DNA from: Podarcis tiliguerta
Lineage: Eukaryota
Length of the DNA: 64,000 bases
Direction: 5' to 3' (one strand)
Assembly (NCBI GenBank): GCA_965153285.1
Contig: OZ229112.1
The notes under the pieces: model-generated
The model's input: only the letters and a program-made list of their open reading frames with translations
What the model was told of the DNA's origin: nothing
Database searches by the model: none
Translations under genes and position numbers: made by a program
Shown: positions 1-12,608 of the stretch, piece by piece
Layout of the letters: every line of letters starts with the position of its first letter
Position numbering within the stretch: position 1 is the first letter of the stretch

Positions 1-290
1 CAAACAAATGCACTGCTCCAGGTCTGCTCCTGGGCATGATACTAGTGCTGGTATTAACTCTTCAAACCTAAAATAGCTTGGGATTATATACCTTAAAAAT
101 CACCTTGTCCCATATTAACCTGCCGAAGTACTAAGATCATCCTCAGAAGAACTTCTCTGGGGGAGCCCTCCTTCAGAGGTGAAGCAAATAAGAATGAAAA
201 GTAGGTCTTTCTTTGTTGGAGTGCCCTGGATTTGAAATGCTCTTCCAAAGGTGGCTTGCCTGGTGCAAAAAGTCTGAAGCCTTTTTTCAG
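1..290 (+). mobile_element. L2 LINE, decayed 3' fragment
   Basis: Resembles the squamate L2 ORF2 end/3' region (tgcactg..., cttggg...tacctt, agatcatcctcag, aggtctttct...gtgccctgg...aatgctctt), followed by a T-rich tail; heavily diverged. Confidence 0.55.
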
Positions 291-1249
291 AGACTGGTAG
301 ATCTGATGGCCTAGATATTCTGTTTTATATCAATCTTGTTTTAATTCTGGTGTTTTGGACCTGCTCTGCTTTATTTTATAAACTGTGTTGCTTTTAGTGG
401 TTTTTGTGTGTTATTATTTTTATATTACTAAAGCAGGTAATGACAAAGTTCCTCGAATTCACAAATTAGATACACAATTTGCCTGATTAAGCTCAACATG
501 AACTAGGCAGACAAAAAAAATTTGTTCTTCTGTGAATCTATTTTCACTATCAACATACAAATAGAGGAATCTGTTTTCACTATTAATGTATGTATATCAT
601 CTTCTGGATGTTTGATCGCAAGCCATCTTCTCATCATTCTTTTAAAATGAGAACCTCCAAAAGCTTTAAAGTAGTGAGCTCATCCACTCTCATACTTGTT
701 GCGTATGTCAAAGGGAAAACTCCTAATGATAATCCGTCTAACCAATTCCCACTTTCATCCTCTTTTTCTGTTGGATAGACTCCATTATTTTTTTATCCAT
801 GTGATATACAACTCTCCTCTTTTGATCCAAGGAGCTGCGACATTTCAGAAACTTTCATCTTGGTTTCCTTAATCTTCCACCATACCATTGCTGAAAGATT
901 GTACTGCTACTTTATACCCTTAATATTTTTCATTCACTCTATTTCTGATATTCAAGCAATGAATGCTGAATAACAAAAAATATCTTTAGATATTTTGATA
1001 CCATTGGCCATGGCATCTTCCTGGTCTGGCTTTCGGGAATGGAAACTTGGGGCACTGTGCTTGGGGCAACCCATCTAGTGGTGCAGCAATAAAACTTCCA
1101 AGCACATTTGCAAAGCTAAGCAGGGTCCAGTATGGTTCCAGTGATTCTGGTCCTACTTAAGGAACCAAGTGCAGAGAGTAGCATTAGGAAGGAGTGTCTC
1201 CACCCCCATCATTTATCCCAAACACTGAATTCCCACCATCTTCTGGCAG

Positions 1250-1490
1250 TTCCCTCACTGTGAGATTACAGGGAACCAGGCAGAGGGTCTTTTCAGCAGT
1301 GACACCCTCCCTGCAGAACGTCCTACCATCAGATGTTAAGGAGATTAAGAACTACAAGACACCTGTATTGGAAAGTTTTAAATGTTTGACGTATTATTAT
1401 ATTTTTATATTTTGCTAGAAGGCACACAGAGTGGCTGGGGAAATCCAGCCAGATAGGTGGGGTATAAATAATAGTATTATTTATTATATT
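1250..1490 (+). mobile_element. L2 LINE 3' end
   Basis: gggaaccaggcagagggtcttttcagcagtg... ends in the typical L2-type terminus cagagtggctgggg...gtggggtataaataat with a (TAT)n tail. Confidence 0.7.
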
Positions 1491-1843
1491 TGTTGTTGTT
1501 GTTTAATAAATCATTATTTGGTGAGGATGTGTGCCTGATGGAAATGGGATGAAGTAGCTGGAATCCTGAACATTGTGCTGTAGGCCCTATTTACTGTGTT
1601 TATTAATAATGTATCTACCAATAAAGTATCTGCTGTTATATACAATATACGAGAGGTAAAACCACAACACACATAATTTCTAAGGTGATGTTTCCGTTTA
1701 TTACCCAACTTACTGAACCTACATGAGTTTCAGTGCGCTTGGACCCAGTCATGGATTGCCTCACAGTCTGAAGTAGAACAGCCCTGAGAAAACTTGTTCA
1801 CTTCATTCTGCTGTATATCTAGACTGACCCTTAGTGTGCAATC

Positions 1844-2285
1844 TGTCAGGAGCCATCCTACTCTTGAGTAGGACCCTGGCAGAGACACATGCCCAACTGG
1901 CATGTTCTCTCCCTCCTGGTCGATCGTTCGGGAACTTCAAAAGCTTTCTTCTGCTCGAACATCACAGCAACTGATGCCACCAGACATCAGCACACTTAGG
2001 GATCCACAGAGTCTTCGCAGTTTGCGTAACAGAACTCAGTAGCTCAGCATTTGGCTAATCTATGTTTATTTACATATAATACACTCGGAGCATTTTGCCT
2101 TAGCTCCTTCCTCTTTCTCATCAGACAGCAAAGAGAAAGAACAAAGGACAATAGTCCCACTTCACGGAACACAGTAACACAAACATCCTGTCTCCGTCAC
2201 CTCCCACTCTGTGGAATGAAAACATACGCAGTCATGTGATAGACAACAATCCCATGACTGCAATCATGGAGCAGGAATCTTAACA
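1844..2285 (-). mobile_element. Solo LTR of an LTR retrotransposon (442 bp)
   Basis: TG...CA termini with imperfect inverted ends (tgtcagga / tcttaaca); perfect 5-bp TSD caatc at 1839-1843 and 2286-2290; AATAAA on the minus strand near 2065; more CpG than the flanks. Confidence 0.85.
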
Positions 2286-4085
2286 CAATCTGAACCCCTA
2301 GGTACTGATAACTGAAGTTATGATGGTGTGTTGGTGCCTCTCCATCAGCCTACACAGATAGAGAGGGAAACCATTGCACCAGATGCCCAGCAGTGCATCT
2401 GCTCATCATCATCCCACTTAAGAATTCTCTCCTGTTTCCTTTTCCCTGACAATCTTAGATGCAAAACCATAAGAAGTGTCATCACCAGACATTTTAAAAA
2501 GCAATGGTGGCATGTAAATAGCTTGAATGACAGAATCCACATAGCCTGGGACATCTAATGCACAATTGTACCAACACACAAGAAAACGGGCCTGTAGCTT
2601 TAGTATAGTACATAAGAGAATTCTGCTGCAGTGCCAATCTTGCTGTGGACAGGTGTTTATGAAGCTTGGCTGACAAAGTCAGAGAAATTGGCCTTTAAAA
2701 GAAAACGATGATGTGAAAAGTGTTTTTTGTTTTTCCTTACCACAAGGCAACACACCTTTGTCACAATGGATGAAATACTTCACCCCATTCTGACTGTTCA
2801 ACAAAGACTGTTTCTGTTTTAATTTCTGTTTATGAAAAACTGTATGACATCAGATTGTATGACAAAAATTCACTGAGGCCAGTAAAAAGAAGCTGTAGCA
2901 GATGAGAAAAGTGATGTCTTCCACTGCATGCTTTCCAGCAAAGCAAGCAATTTGTTAAAAAAAAATTAAAAGGAAGGAAGGAAAGGGGGAAAACTCTTTG
3001 CAGTTCTCAGAAACAGTGACTCATACACATGATCAAATGCATTAAAGGTCACCCCTAAGCAATAAAAAACTACCTGGCATTTTTCCATTTGGTGACTCCT
3101 ACTCCATTCATAGAGCCTGGTGACTATTTTAAGAATTCTTACCTACAACAAACAATTTATAGTTATTCAAGCTTATGCCAGAAAAAATGTTGAGAGAAAG
3201 GATTACTTGTGCAAAATCCAAGAGCTGGAATTACTTCAGAATGTGGACAACTGTCCAGAAGCTGGTTTAGGGTTCAGTTAGATTAACAACCTGATTCATT
3301 TGGGGTGGGTGGGTGTACATTAGAGGCACATTTCAACCTGAAAGCATTTGTCCCTTTAAGGGCACTAATCAACAAAATGTTGTTATACAGCACTCACAAG
3401 CCTTTTGCCCTGCCCCACCCCTGTGAAAATAATGCTGAGCCCGACTGAATATATGCCTAATGTAGAAAGTATTTGGGGGTTTGATGCTTTGGATTTTGGG
3501 ATTTGTGTTCCAAGTTTGTAAAGTGCCCCTTTGGAGAATGTTCCTTGCTGGGAGACACTCTAACAGATAAGATCAATATGTCATAGTCACTCTCCTACTA
3601 CTAGGCTCTGACAATAGGAGTGTTCACACGTTACAGTCAATCTTGTTGATTGTTGAGTTGCATCAATGTCTATACTTATTTATACAACCACTTGTACATG
3701 TGTAGAAGCTGGGTGTGTTTAGTGTGCGGCGTGAACAAGCCTGTAGTGTTTACTAATCACCTCTTTAGGGGTTGGGGAACTGAATCCAGATGCCCTAAAC
3801 AAGATCAATCATGCAAGCTCTTCACTCTTTCAAACAGGTGATTAGCAATGACAAGGCTGGCTGGCTAGGTGGCAGTACAGCAACTGCTCAGTACATTGCT
3901 GGATGCCATATATCTGAATCAGACATATTGAGCAGTAGGCCTACTCTGGGCATGACTAACATTGGATGTCACCCTTCAGTTGTACCTGGCATAACATATC
4001 TTCCTGTGTTAGCCCTCCAGCTAAACAGCCCACTTGGCTTCTGTTACAGCTCCTGGAACATGGGAGGCACCAAACAGAATCTTAA

Positions 4086-4450
4086 GGTAAAAAGTAAAGG
4101 GACCCCTGACCATTAGGTCCAGTCATGACCGACTCTGGGGTTGCGGCGCTCATCTCGCTCTATGGGCCAAGGGAGCCGGCGTTTGTCCGCAGACAGCTTC
4201 CGGGTCATGTGGCCAGCATGACTAAGCCGCTTCTGGCGAACCAGAGCAGCGCACGGAAACGCCGTTTACCTTCCCGCCGGAGCGGTTCCTATTTATCTAC
4301 TTGCACTTTGACGTGCTTTCAAACTGCTAGGTTGGCAGGAGCTGGGACCGAGCAACGGGAGCTCACCCCGTCACAGGGATTTGAACCGCGGACCTTCTGA
4401 TCGGCAAGTCCTAGGCTCTGTGGTTTAACCCACAGCGCCACCTGTGTCCC
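4086..4450 (-). mobile_element. Sauria SINE (Squam1/POM type), full length
   Basis: tRNA-related head with A/B boxes, Sauria body and (ACCTTT)-like tail; 14-bp TSD aaacagaatcttaa at 4072-4085 and 4454-4467; near-identical to the other copies in the window. Confidence 0.95.
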
Positions 4451-4514
4451 TCAAAACAGAATCTTAAATGCTATAAATTTATGAACTTTTTTTTTAACGG
4501 GGGGAGGAATACAA

Positions 4515-4745
4515 CATTATGCTATTGTGATCATTCCACAAGTGTGAGCATTTCTGCCTGCAAGACAGTACAATCCCATCTCCTCCCCACTGCCACACAC
4601 TGTTCTGAGGGTTCCCTTGACCCTCCAGAGTGGATCTAGAGCAGACGTAAGGGCATGTATGGGAAGGAAGGAGGAAAGCCTCGTTGCACTAGCAGGAGCC
4701 TTTGCACTGTCTTCCACTATCATGCTGCATCAGTTGAATCTTGAG
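4515..4745. mobile_element. Degenerate quasi-palindromic non-autonomous repeat (MITE-like)
   Basis: Shares the core cacactgttctgaggg...accctccagag...gat and the gttga-type end with the copy at 41595-41857; similar segments near 11510-11780 and 42038-42270. Confidence 0.5.
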
Positions 4746-4809
4746 GGGGGGGGGCATTATAACCACATTTCACTTGAAAACAGCAGGTGGGAATCTGCTA
4801 CTTGATCTG

Positions 4810-4962
4810 CTGGCATGCTTTGGAATACCAGTTGCTGGAATCTGCAGGTGGGAAGAATGTTGTTGCCCTGAGGTCCTGCTTGCAAATTTCCCACTCTGAG
4901 AAGTGGGCGTTGGACTAGATGGACCTTTGGCCCAATTCAGTAGGCCGTTCTTATGTCCTTAC
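4810..4962 (+). mobile_element. CR1 LINE 3' UTR/terminus
   Basis: ggactagatggacctttggccc...ttcttatgtcctta, a CR1-type 3' end. Confidence 0.7.
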
Positions 4963-5165
4963 CTGTTTGGTAAGGTTGAATAGAAAACACTAAAGAAATG
5001 TATGGTGCATAAATAATTTGCCTTGATTTTTCTAATTGAACATATCAATGATGTTAACACTTTTCACTTACCTTGTCCACTCTAATCTTATTTATTGTGC
5101 CTCTGACACCTTCCATTACCCTTCCCCTGACTCATTATTTTAGCTGAAATGATTGTAGCAGGGTC

Positions 5166-5190
5166 TGTGTGTGTGTGTGTGTGTGTGTGT
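5166..5190. repeat. (GT)n microsatellite
   Basis: Seen directly. Confidence 0.95.
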
Positions 5191-6779
5191 TGAAAATGAT
5201 AATGTTCCTGTGACACCAAGTAGAAACTTCATGTGCTTTTATATGCACACATTAAAGAGTGGATTATCATTAATTATGCACTACAAATTTTCATGGCAAC
5301 CGCCTGAAAGTGACAAAACATTTGCTTTTGTCATAGTTCTGTTAAGTGAGACCAAGTTGAGCCGCTAAGATGTCTGACAGGGCACTGTACTCAATTCCTA
5401 ACAGAAGGTCAGGAGCATGACAATGATTTTATTTTATTTCACACATTATTTTTCTGTTATCACTGTAAGCTGTTAATGAAATTGTTTGAACTAAACAGTT
5501 GTTTTTTATCATCCCACAGCCTGTACTTATGGCATATGAAGGAGAAATTCCTTGTTAACGTTACTTAATCTTCTAACGCTTCATTTTCCTTCCTCAACTA
5601 TGCTAGAAAACATCACCATACTTCTTAATAGTATTATTATTATTATTATGTTGCCTTTGGTTTTGGGTTTTGTTTTTCAAGTTACTTTAAACAAAAATAT
5701 GACATTATGTTCTCCTACAAATTAGATACTTGCCTTTTTTTTCTTGACATGTTCCTCAACCATTAGCAGGTATGGGACAGGCAAGAAGACAACAGGTGAT
5801 GCCATTATTAAGGATCTACAATACTGCTTTGATTGGGGTTATTGATATGATTTTTCATCACATATTAAACTACTTGTCACCTGAATGCTTTTAAGGACTG
5901 ACCTTTCCTGTATGACTTTCTCTAAAAATAAAAAAAAATAAATTTACAGGCCTATGAGTTGTAAAGCAAACCATTCTTTCATCTCTGCTACCATCTGCAT
6001 AGGCAGAAACGCATCTAGGAGACCTTTTCAAGGTAGCAAGTGCAAATCCTTTCCTGATAAGTCACACCTATTCAGTCCAACTTTAATGTAATCACACATG
6101 AAAAATCTACACCAGCAGCTCGTTACGCCCAAGTTATTTTACCGTCTGTGAGTGGATAAGATGGCACACACACCCCTCAACAATGAGATAATGTTCTGCA
6201 CTGCCTCAGGGCAACAAGCTAGCTTAGGAGATGCAGGACAGACCATGTTGCACACACAGTTTTGTCTTCTGGCTACCACACCACACCCCAATCCCCCACT
6301 CTGCCTAATCTTTTAAGAATAATTTTTTATTAACTGACCAATCACATCAAATCAAACCAAATTACATAAATTCCAAATTACACAGCCGAATTTTAAATTT
6401 TTGTTGGGGGTACTCATATTTCAAGTTCCGAAGGGATCCAATCAACTTCTTGCTTCTTACTGCTGTTTTAATGTCCACAAATCACAGTACTATCCAGTCA
6501 CAGTACTATCCAGTCCTTTCTTATTATTTTTCCACATCTGCCTAATCTTAGGGTTGGGCCCCCTGACCAACACCATTGGGATCAACCACTTGTTTTGACC
6601 TCCTTTCCCTTAAAACGTTGTCAGGAGATATGGAATCATAAAAGCCACAACATGCTCTGTGGCATGTCTGCTGAATATGGCTGGCTAGATTGGCTTTTGG
6701 TCAAAATTATCAGTTCCTCACTGTGAAAAGGGAAGTTTCTACATGTTTTGAAGGAAATGGTATTTTATTCACTATGGAG

Positions 6780-7340
6780 CGGGAGAAAACTACACCGAAT
6801 AAGGACAACCTGGCCAAATTTGAGCCTTTGTATATTCCAGGCTAAGGTGCTGGAATACATTGTGGAACAGAAATTGAATAATGATCTTTCCTTCATCCTT
6901 TCCAATCTGGTTTTCACCTTGTTGCAACACACAGAGAGGTGTAGAGGTCCTGGTGTATTATCTGTGCCTGGAGACTGACATAAGCATTACTTCTTTGTTA
7001 ATTATGCAGGGGCTGTTGGCAGCTTTTGATACTGTGGACCACAATATTATTTTGGACCATCTTGAACATCTGACAGGTTAGGGGATGGCTGTCATCTGAA
7101 GGAGAGAAACCTGTCTGTGGTTGATGAGGTCCCTGTGACCCTATTCTGATCAGGTAAACAGCCTGGGGATAATCCTGGAACAGACTGTGCTTTTTGAGAA
7201 GCAAGTAAGAGTTGTTGCCATCTTCCATTTTTGGCTAATGAGGAGGATCTGTCCTCCCTTACACTCTTCAGACCTTGTGCCACTGATCCAGGGTTCTGTA
7301 AATTCCAAACTAAATTACTTCGTCATATCCTATGCGCGGT
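6780..7340 (+). mobile_element. L2-clade LINE reverse-transcriptase fragment, degraded and internally deleted
   Basis: ORF 6881-7081 contains LLAAFDTVDHNIILDHL (RT motif DLSAAFDTVDH); upstream NLSLCIFQAKVLEYIV resembles SNLPFLGKVLERVV; multiple frameshifts. Confidence 0.8.
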
Positions 7341-8561
7341 TCTTCTATCAAAGGAACACTGATTGGGATTACTGCTCTGGCTCATCTATAGATGTCAAGT
7401 TGTTTCTTGATTGGGGAAATATGGGAAAAATAAATCAATGCTAAAGAGCCTTGATATAACAAAAGGTGAGTTGTGGGGTGGGGGAGCATCTCGGCAAAAG
7501 AGGAATGAAAGCAAAATCATTTCCTTCACCTGGGCTTTTACAGACCCATAAGCTATATCTCTTGTGTGTAGGATGTACTGCATCAGATAGGATGGCTGGG
7601 AGGTAATGTTCTGCAGTAATGAGTATGCTTGTTGCCGACAGACCTAAGAATGAAGATTTCTGCGTGGAGAATAAAAGGCCAGGAACTAATAATAATGGCG
7701 AGTTCCACATATGGATCATACATACAGCAATAAAGGGAGAATGCAGAGAAGCAGCAGTTGGGAAATTAAATAATTATAATGAATCCAGCAAAATAAAATA
7801 TATTTATCCCATTTTCTATTGTGCTTTTCAAGACAATATTAAGGACTCTAGACCACCTGGCCTTTTATTTTTGAATCCAATTTCTAACATCTGAGAGCAC
7901 ATTTATGAAAATATTTCCTGCCAAGAATTTCTGCCCAGCCTTTAATAAACTCAACGCTCTGTGCGATAGAAACAGCCCAATTTCCACCTGCATCTTTAAC
8001 AAATCCTGCAACTTCTGCATATTTCCTGGGATCTGCATTTCGTTCCCCCACCCCGGTCAAATTGGTACTTCCAAACTAGCCTGTCATTTTAACGCTGAAC
8101 CACTTGGAGGCATGATAGGAAATCATGCATGTGAAAAATACACACGATTTTTTTATTTTTTAAAAAAGTCAAGCATTGGGTGGCAATCTTTGGCACTGAG
8201 CATTGTCCAACTGACTATAATGAACACACACAAACCCAAACACTTCCTTGGTCTTGTTTGTAGAAAGGTAAAGTCTTTCTCCCCCCCCCCCCACCATTGC
8301 CGCTAGTAATTCTGCTTTGATCTTATAGGGGCTGCACTATTAAATATAAGCCAGCTCATAAGCATGGCACACGCCTGTGATTCTCAGTAGAAGGTCATAA
8401 CCCAGACTTTATATTTTAAATAACTATTACAATGAAGAAGAGGGTATACCCACAAAAGGAATAGTTATAATTTATGCCTGGCTTACTTCAGCAGAATATA
8501 GTTTATTTATAAACTGCTTATGGCAAACTCTGTATGCCCCTGTTCAATGCGTGTGCTGAAC

Positions 8562-8773
8562 NNNNNNNNNNNNNNNNNNNNNNNNNNNNNNNNNNNNNNN
8601 NNNNNNNNNNNNNNNNNNNNNNNNNNNNNNNNNNNNNNNNNNNNNNNNNNNNNNNNNNNNNNNNNNNNNNNNNNNNNNNNNNNNNNNNNNNNNNNNNNNN
8701 NNNNNNNNNNNNNNNNNNNNNNNNNNNNNNNNNNNNNNNNNNNNNNNNNNNNNNNNNNNNNNNNNNNNNNNNN
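8562..8773. other. Assembly gap (N run)
   Basis: Run of N. Confidence 1.
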
Positions 8774-8868
8774 ACTACTCATTGAAGCCTTACGGAAAGC
8801 TCATACATGATTTAAGAAGCTAACAGCACTGAAAGAAATAGGTCAGGTAAAAAAAAAAAACACCCTGA

Positions 8869-9000
8869 NNNNNNNNNNNNNNNNNNNNNNNNNNNNNNNN
8901 NNNNNNNNNNNNNNNNNNNNNNNNNNNNNNNNNNNNNNNNNNNNNNNNNNNNNNNNNNNNNNNNNNNNNNNNNNNNNNNNNNNNNNNNNNNNNNNNNNNN
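8869..9000. other. Assembly gap (N run)
   Basis: Run of N. Confidence 1.
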
Positions 9001-9559
9001 GTGATTTCTCAGTCCTTGCTAATCACATTAGAAAAAAGGATTAAATGCGTTTTTGATTGTGCTGATAACTGCATGACATTATATATAAACAAAGATCATG
9101 TTCAACATTCTCAAAGAAGATGCTTCACTCTTTATTCACATTGTGTGGTTGAGTGCAGGAGGGTAAGAATGTCGTTGGATAGGGTTTCTATACTGTCTTA
9201 CATCATGACAATTCAGTCATTACCAAATGCAGTTACTTAAATCATGTGCATATACAAACAGACTTTTGCTAGTAGATCTCTTTGAGCACCTTGAATAAAT
9301 GAGATAAGCTTATGTAGATTCACATATGTGCAAACGACATGATAAATGAAACGACATGAAAGAACAAGGGAGAACATGTTCACATGTATATGAACTAATA
9401 GCATCTGTGCCTGGATTGGTTGACCAAAGTGCACGAATGTGGATACTGAGTTCCAAGAGCTAGGCATGCAGTCCATCCAAGAGCTAGGCATGGGTACGGG
9501 TGTATATTCCTATCCATCTATCTCTTGATATGCATACGGATGCTACACTCTTCATAAAC

Positions 9560-9695
9560 CAGGAATGGCCAAATTTGGCCCTCCAGATATTTTGGGGCTA
9601 CAGTTCCCATCATCCCTGAGCACTGGTCCTGTTAACTAGGGATGATGGAAGTTGTAATCCCAAAACAGCTGGAGGGCCAAGTTTGGCCATGCCTG
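9560..9695. mobile_element. Palindromic hAT-type MITE (136 bp)
   Basis: Long TIRs (caggaatggccaaatttggccctccag / ctggagggccaagtttggccatgcctg); perfect 8-bp TSD tcataaac at 9552-9559 and 9696-9703, the TSD length typical of hAT. Confidence 0.92.
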
Positions 9696-12204
9696 TCATA
9701 AACCATTGGAGGCAACTACTTACAGTTTCTCCCTGAAACCTGAAACATGCTATGTGAACTCCAGATTCATGAAAATGATTAAGAATTTTACTGCTGACTT
9801 GAGAGAGATGAGAATTGCCCTCTCTGGAAATAGGATATAATTCTGCTGACAAATTGAGCTTATGTTGCTCCCAGCGGACAAGATGTGGAGAAGACTACAA
9901 AGAGAGGAAACCATTTTAATCCAAAGAAGGTTCCTGGGCACCTATTTTCCATTTGTGAAAAGGGATTGAAAATTGGTGTGTATTTTATTATTGTACATGC
10001 TTAGCAAGTTATTGGGCCACAGTCCATTAGGATGTGTCCCTATATACTTTGGTGTAAACTGTACAAGAGAACTTCCTGAAAAAAAATATGACAGAGAAGG
10101 AAAAAAGACAAGGGGGGGGTAAGTAATAAATGTGACTACAAGTTACAAGGAAAAAAAATTGTGTGTTATTCAGAAGTAATATATGGTGTTAATGTGACTA
10201 ATCAAGACAAAAGTGATACCTCATTAAAGACTCTATCATACTGTTCTCTATAAGCAGATACCATTAGACAATGTAGATTCTCATGTGGAAATAATTATTT
10301 TATGGATAACATACACCACAAATTTAATAGCTTTCTTGCACTTTTAAAGTTGAAGAAACATTATATTAATCTACTTCACACATGGAATGCCATATAATTG
10401 GTTTTCTATCAACATGCTTTATTAGCCATACCATCTTAAGATTTTAAGAGGAATATTATAACTCAGTTTCAATAAACTGAACAAATTTATTTACTGTTGT
10501 GTTAAACAAAACACTTCCATGGAATCAAGAGGAAGACAATGCTGATCAAATGAAAGCCAGACTCTACTCCTATTTAGATGTTTTAGCAAATGTTCCAACT
10601 GGGGAAGGGATGAGGCTATGCACACAAGGGTTTCCACTGTGGGGAGATGTTTAGCGTGAACTATGGTTTCTTGCTACATCCAATCTAAGCCACAGTATTG
10701 ACAACAGTGATTTGGAGAAAAGGGAAAGAAACGTTGTTTCAAGTTAAGATGACAGAAAACACAGATCAACAGCATGGCTTCTTTCTTTCCTTTTTTAAAG
10801 AAATTGTGTCACAGAAAACTGATACTGTAAAAGTATACTGCTATTAAGTTTACAAGTGCCCGGGAATTTTATAAATTTGGAAAGTAATTTAACAAATTCA
10901 CTTTCTCTGTTATATGACTTCCTTGGCACCAAGAGCTCAGGAATAATCCTGCCCACAGCATATTGCCAATAAACTGAGTCAGCCAGAATCCTTTCCTATT
11001 AGAGTAGGGAATTTTATTGCAAACACCACTGCAATGCTTGGTCATTAGGAGTTATTCCTCCTGACATCATTAGGGTTACATGGCTGAAGGGTTCAGAAAG
11101 GGACCTGTCATCCTATGCCGCTTAACTAGCTGAAATATTCATTTTGTGTTGGCACTTGTGGTCCTATTTAAAACAGGGGGTGCTATTTTCACAAATGAAA
11201 CTGATTGCAATATGATGCCATGCACCCCCTGTTTCATTAGTTAATAATGTTTCTTTTCATTGAAACCAGCTAGTAGTCACAAGAAAATATGAATAGTATG
11301 AATATCACATCACAATATCGCACCAGAATAATGATGGGGCCACATTTATTTGTTTATGGATTTATTTGCTGCATTTCCCACAGTTCTCATGCAGTCACAA
11401 CTTGCAATAAAATTATTCCAGTTCCTCATTTAAAAAGGCATCTAAAAATTCCAGCTTTTGGATCTTATGGTTTGTTAATTTAAGGAAGCATGTGAAGGAA
11501 TGTTTCCTATTTCCCAACGCTATCTGGAATCCCCTGTAAATCTGTCTAGGGTTCTGGTGGGCCCCTCAAACAATATGGTTTGAGCAGCTGTAGGGGAAAA
11601 CCTTCTTTCCATGAACCTTCATAAATGAACTTATTTTAGTATCCAGTGCTGATTTTTGGTTATTTCCCCTTTCCCCCAACTGCTCCCCATGCCCTCATGC
11701 CCCATTAATCAGGGAGATCACTGATGCTCCAAATATAATTTTCTTTGGGAGGGGGATGTTTCAGAGGAGAAGAGAAGACAGAAAACGCTGCTTGCATTGA
11801 CTTGTCTGAATTTAAATGGCAAATTGAGTAAAAGGTGGGTAGGGGGACTGCCCTTATGGACACAAGTACAGAGCTAACATATCATGTTGTTTAGTCCTAA
11901 GGATCAAAGCCCATACTTAAAAATAAAGGAGCCATTAAAAGTCACATAGATAAGCCCACAGGAAAAGTTTCTGAAAAGTCTAGATTATGGTCTGGTGATG
12001 AAAAATTATCTGGGGCTGGGGGCTTGCACAAAGAAAACATTTCAAAGGGAAGGCTTTCTAAGTATGGGCACATTCCTGTATCCCTCCACAAAGGATGGGA
12101 TGCAGAATATGGCAGACCTACGACTTGTATGAGAGAAGACACTCCTTAAAAATGAAATGTCACCTTAAAAAAGATCAAGGGGAGACACTTATACATCTCA
12201 TTAC

Positions 12205-12608
12205 TGTGATGGCTTGTGTATTCTCTTCGCAATGAGCACCTCTGCTCACTCAGAGATATTTACAGTTCTTTATTTTAATTATGTACAGGCAGCATATTAC
12301 AATCATGCATCTGAATCCTCCGGTTCAGATTCTGGGAGTAGCTTTCGCCGGCTTCTCCTCCAACAGAAAAGGCGGGGAAGTTTCCTGTGATGCCTCTTCC
12401 CCCTCCTCTTTAACTGTCCCTCTCCTGGGCAGACGGAATAGGAACTGCCTCACCATTGGTGCCAGAACTTTCTGTGCGGTGCTGAGGCTCTGCATCAAAG
12501 AGCATTTCCGCCTCCTGGCTCTCTCCCCCTTCCCCATCCATCACTTCCTGTCCACCTCCTTCTGAATTTTCCTCCTTCTCCCTGGCATTCTCTGGAAGCC
12601 CCATGATA
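12205..12608 (-). mobile_element. Solo LTR (probably Gypsy-like, ~404 bp)
   Basis: Ends tgtgatgg / ccatgata (degenerate TG...CA inverted ends); flanks attac / gttac (5-bp TSD, one mismatch); purine-rich U3-like part followed by AATAAA on the minus strand near 12270. Confidence 0.7.

Noticed and set aside
4125-4400. Recurrent peptide PGHVASMTKPLL...TARLAGAGT in several ORFs, suggesting a small gene family
   Set aside because: It is the antisense translation of Sauria SINE copies; the repeated SLKAANILLSLPPPQQTLCEV peptide likewise comes from Squam3-like SINEs.
5072-5142. Minus-strand exon-like segment ending AAG|GTAAGT
   Set aside because: Stops in all frames from the nearest acceptor; one such consensus donor is expected by chance in a window this size.
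6482-6515. Short tandem duplications (tcacagtactatccag twice; also ccaagagctaggcatg near 9453 and 9477)
   Set aside because: Ordinary slippage or repair duplications with no further structure.
8507-8810. Long ORFs in the track around 8.5 kb, and likewise at 16.7-17.2 kb and 36.2-36.7 kb
   Set aside because: They run through N gaps (poly-X) and are artefacts.
8790-8840. 35-bp minus-strand segment with good acceptor and donor between two gaps
   Set aside because: Stops in all three frames and unreliable gap-flanked sequence.
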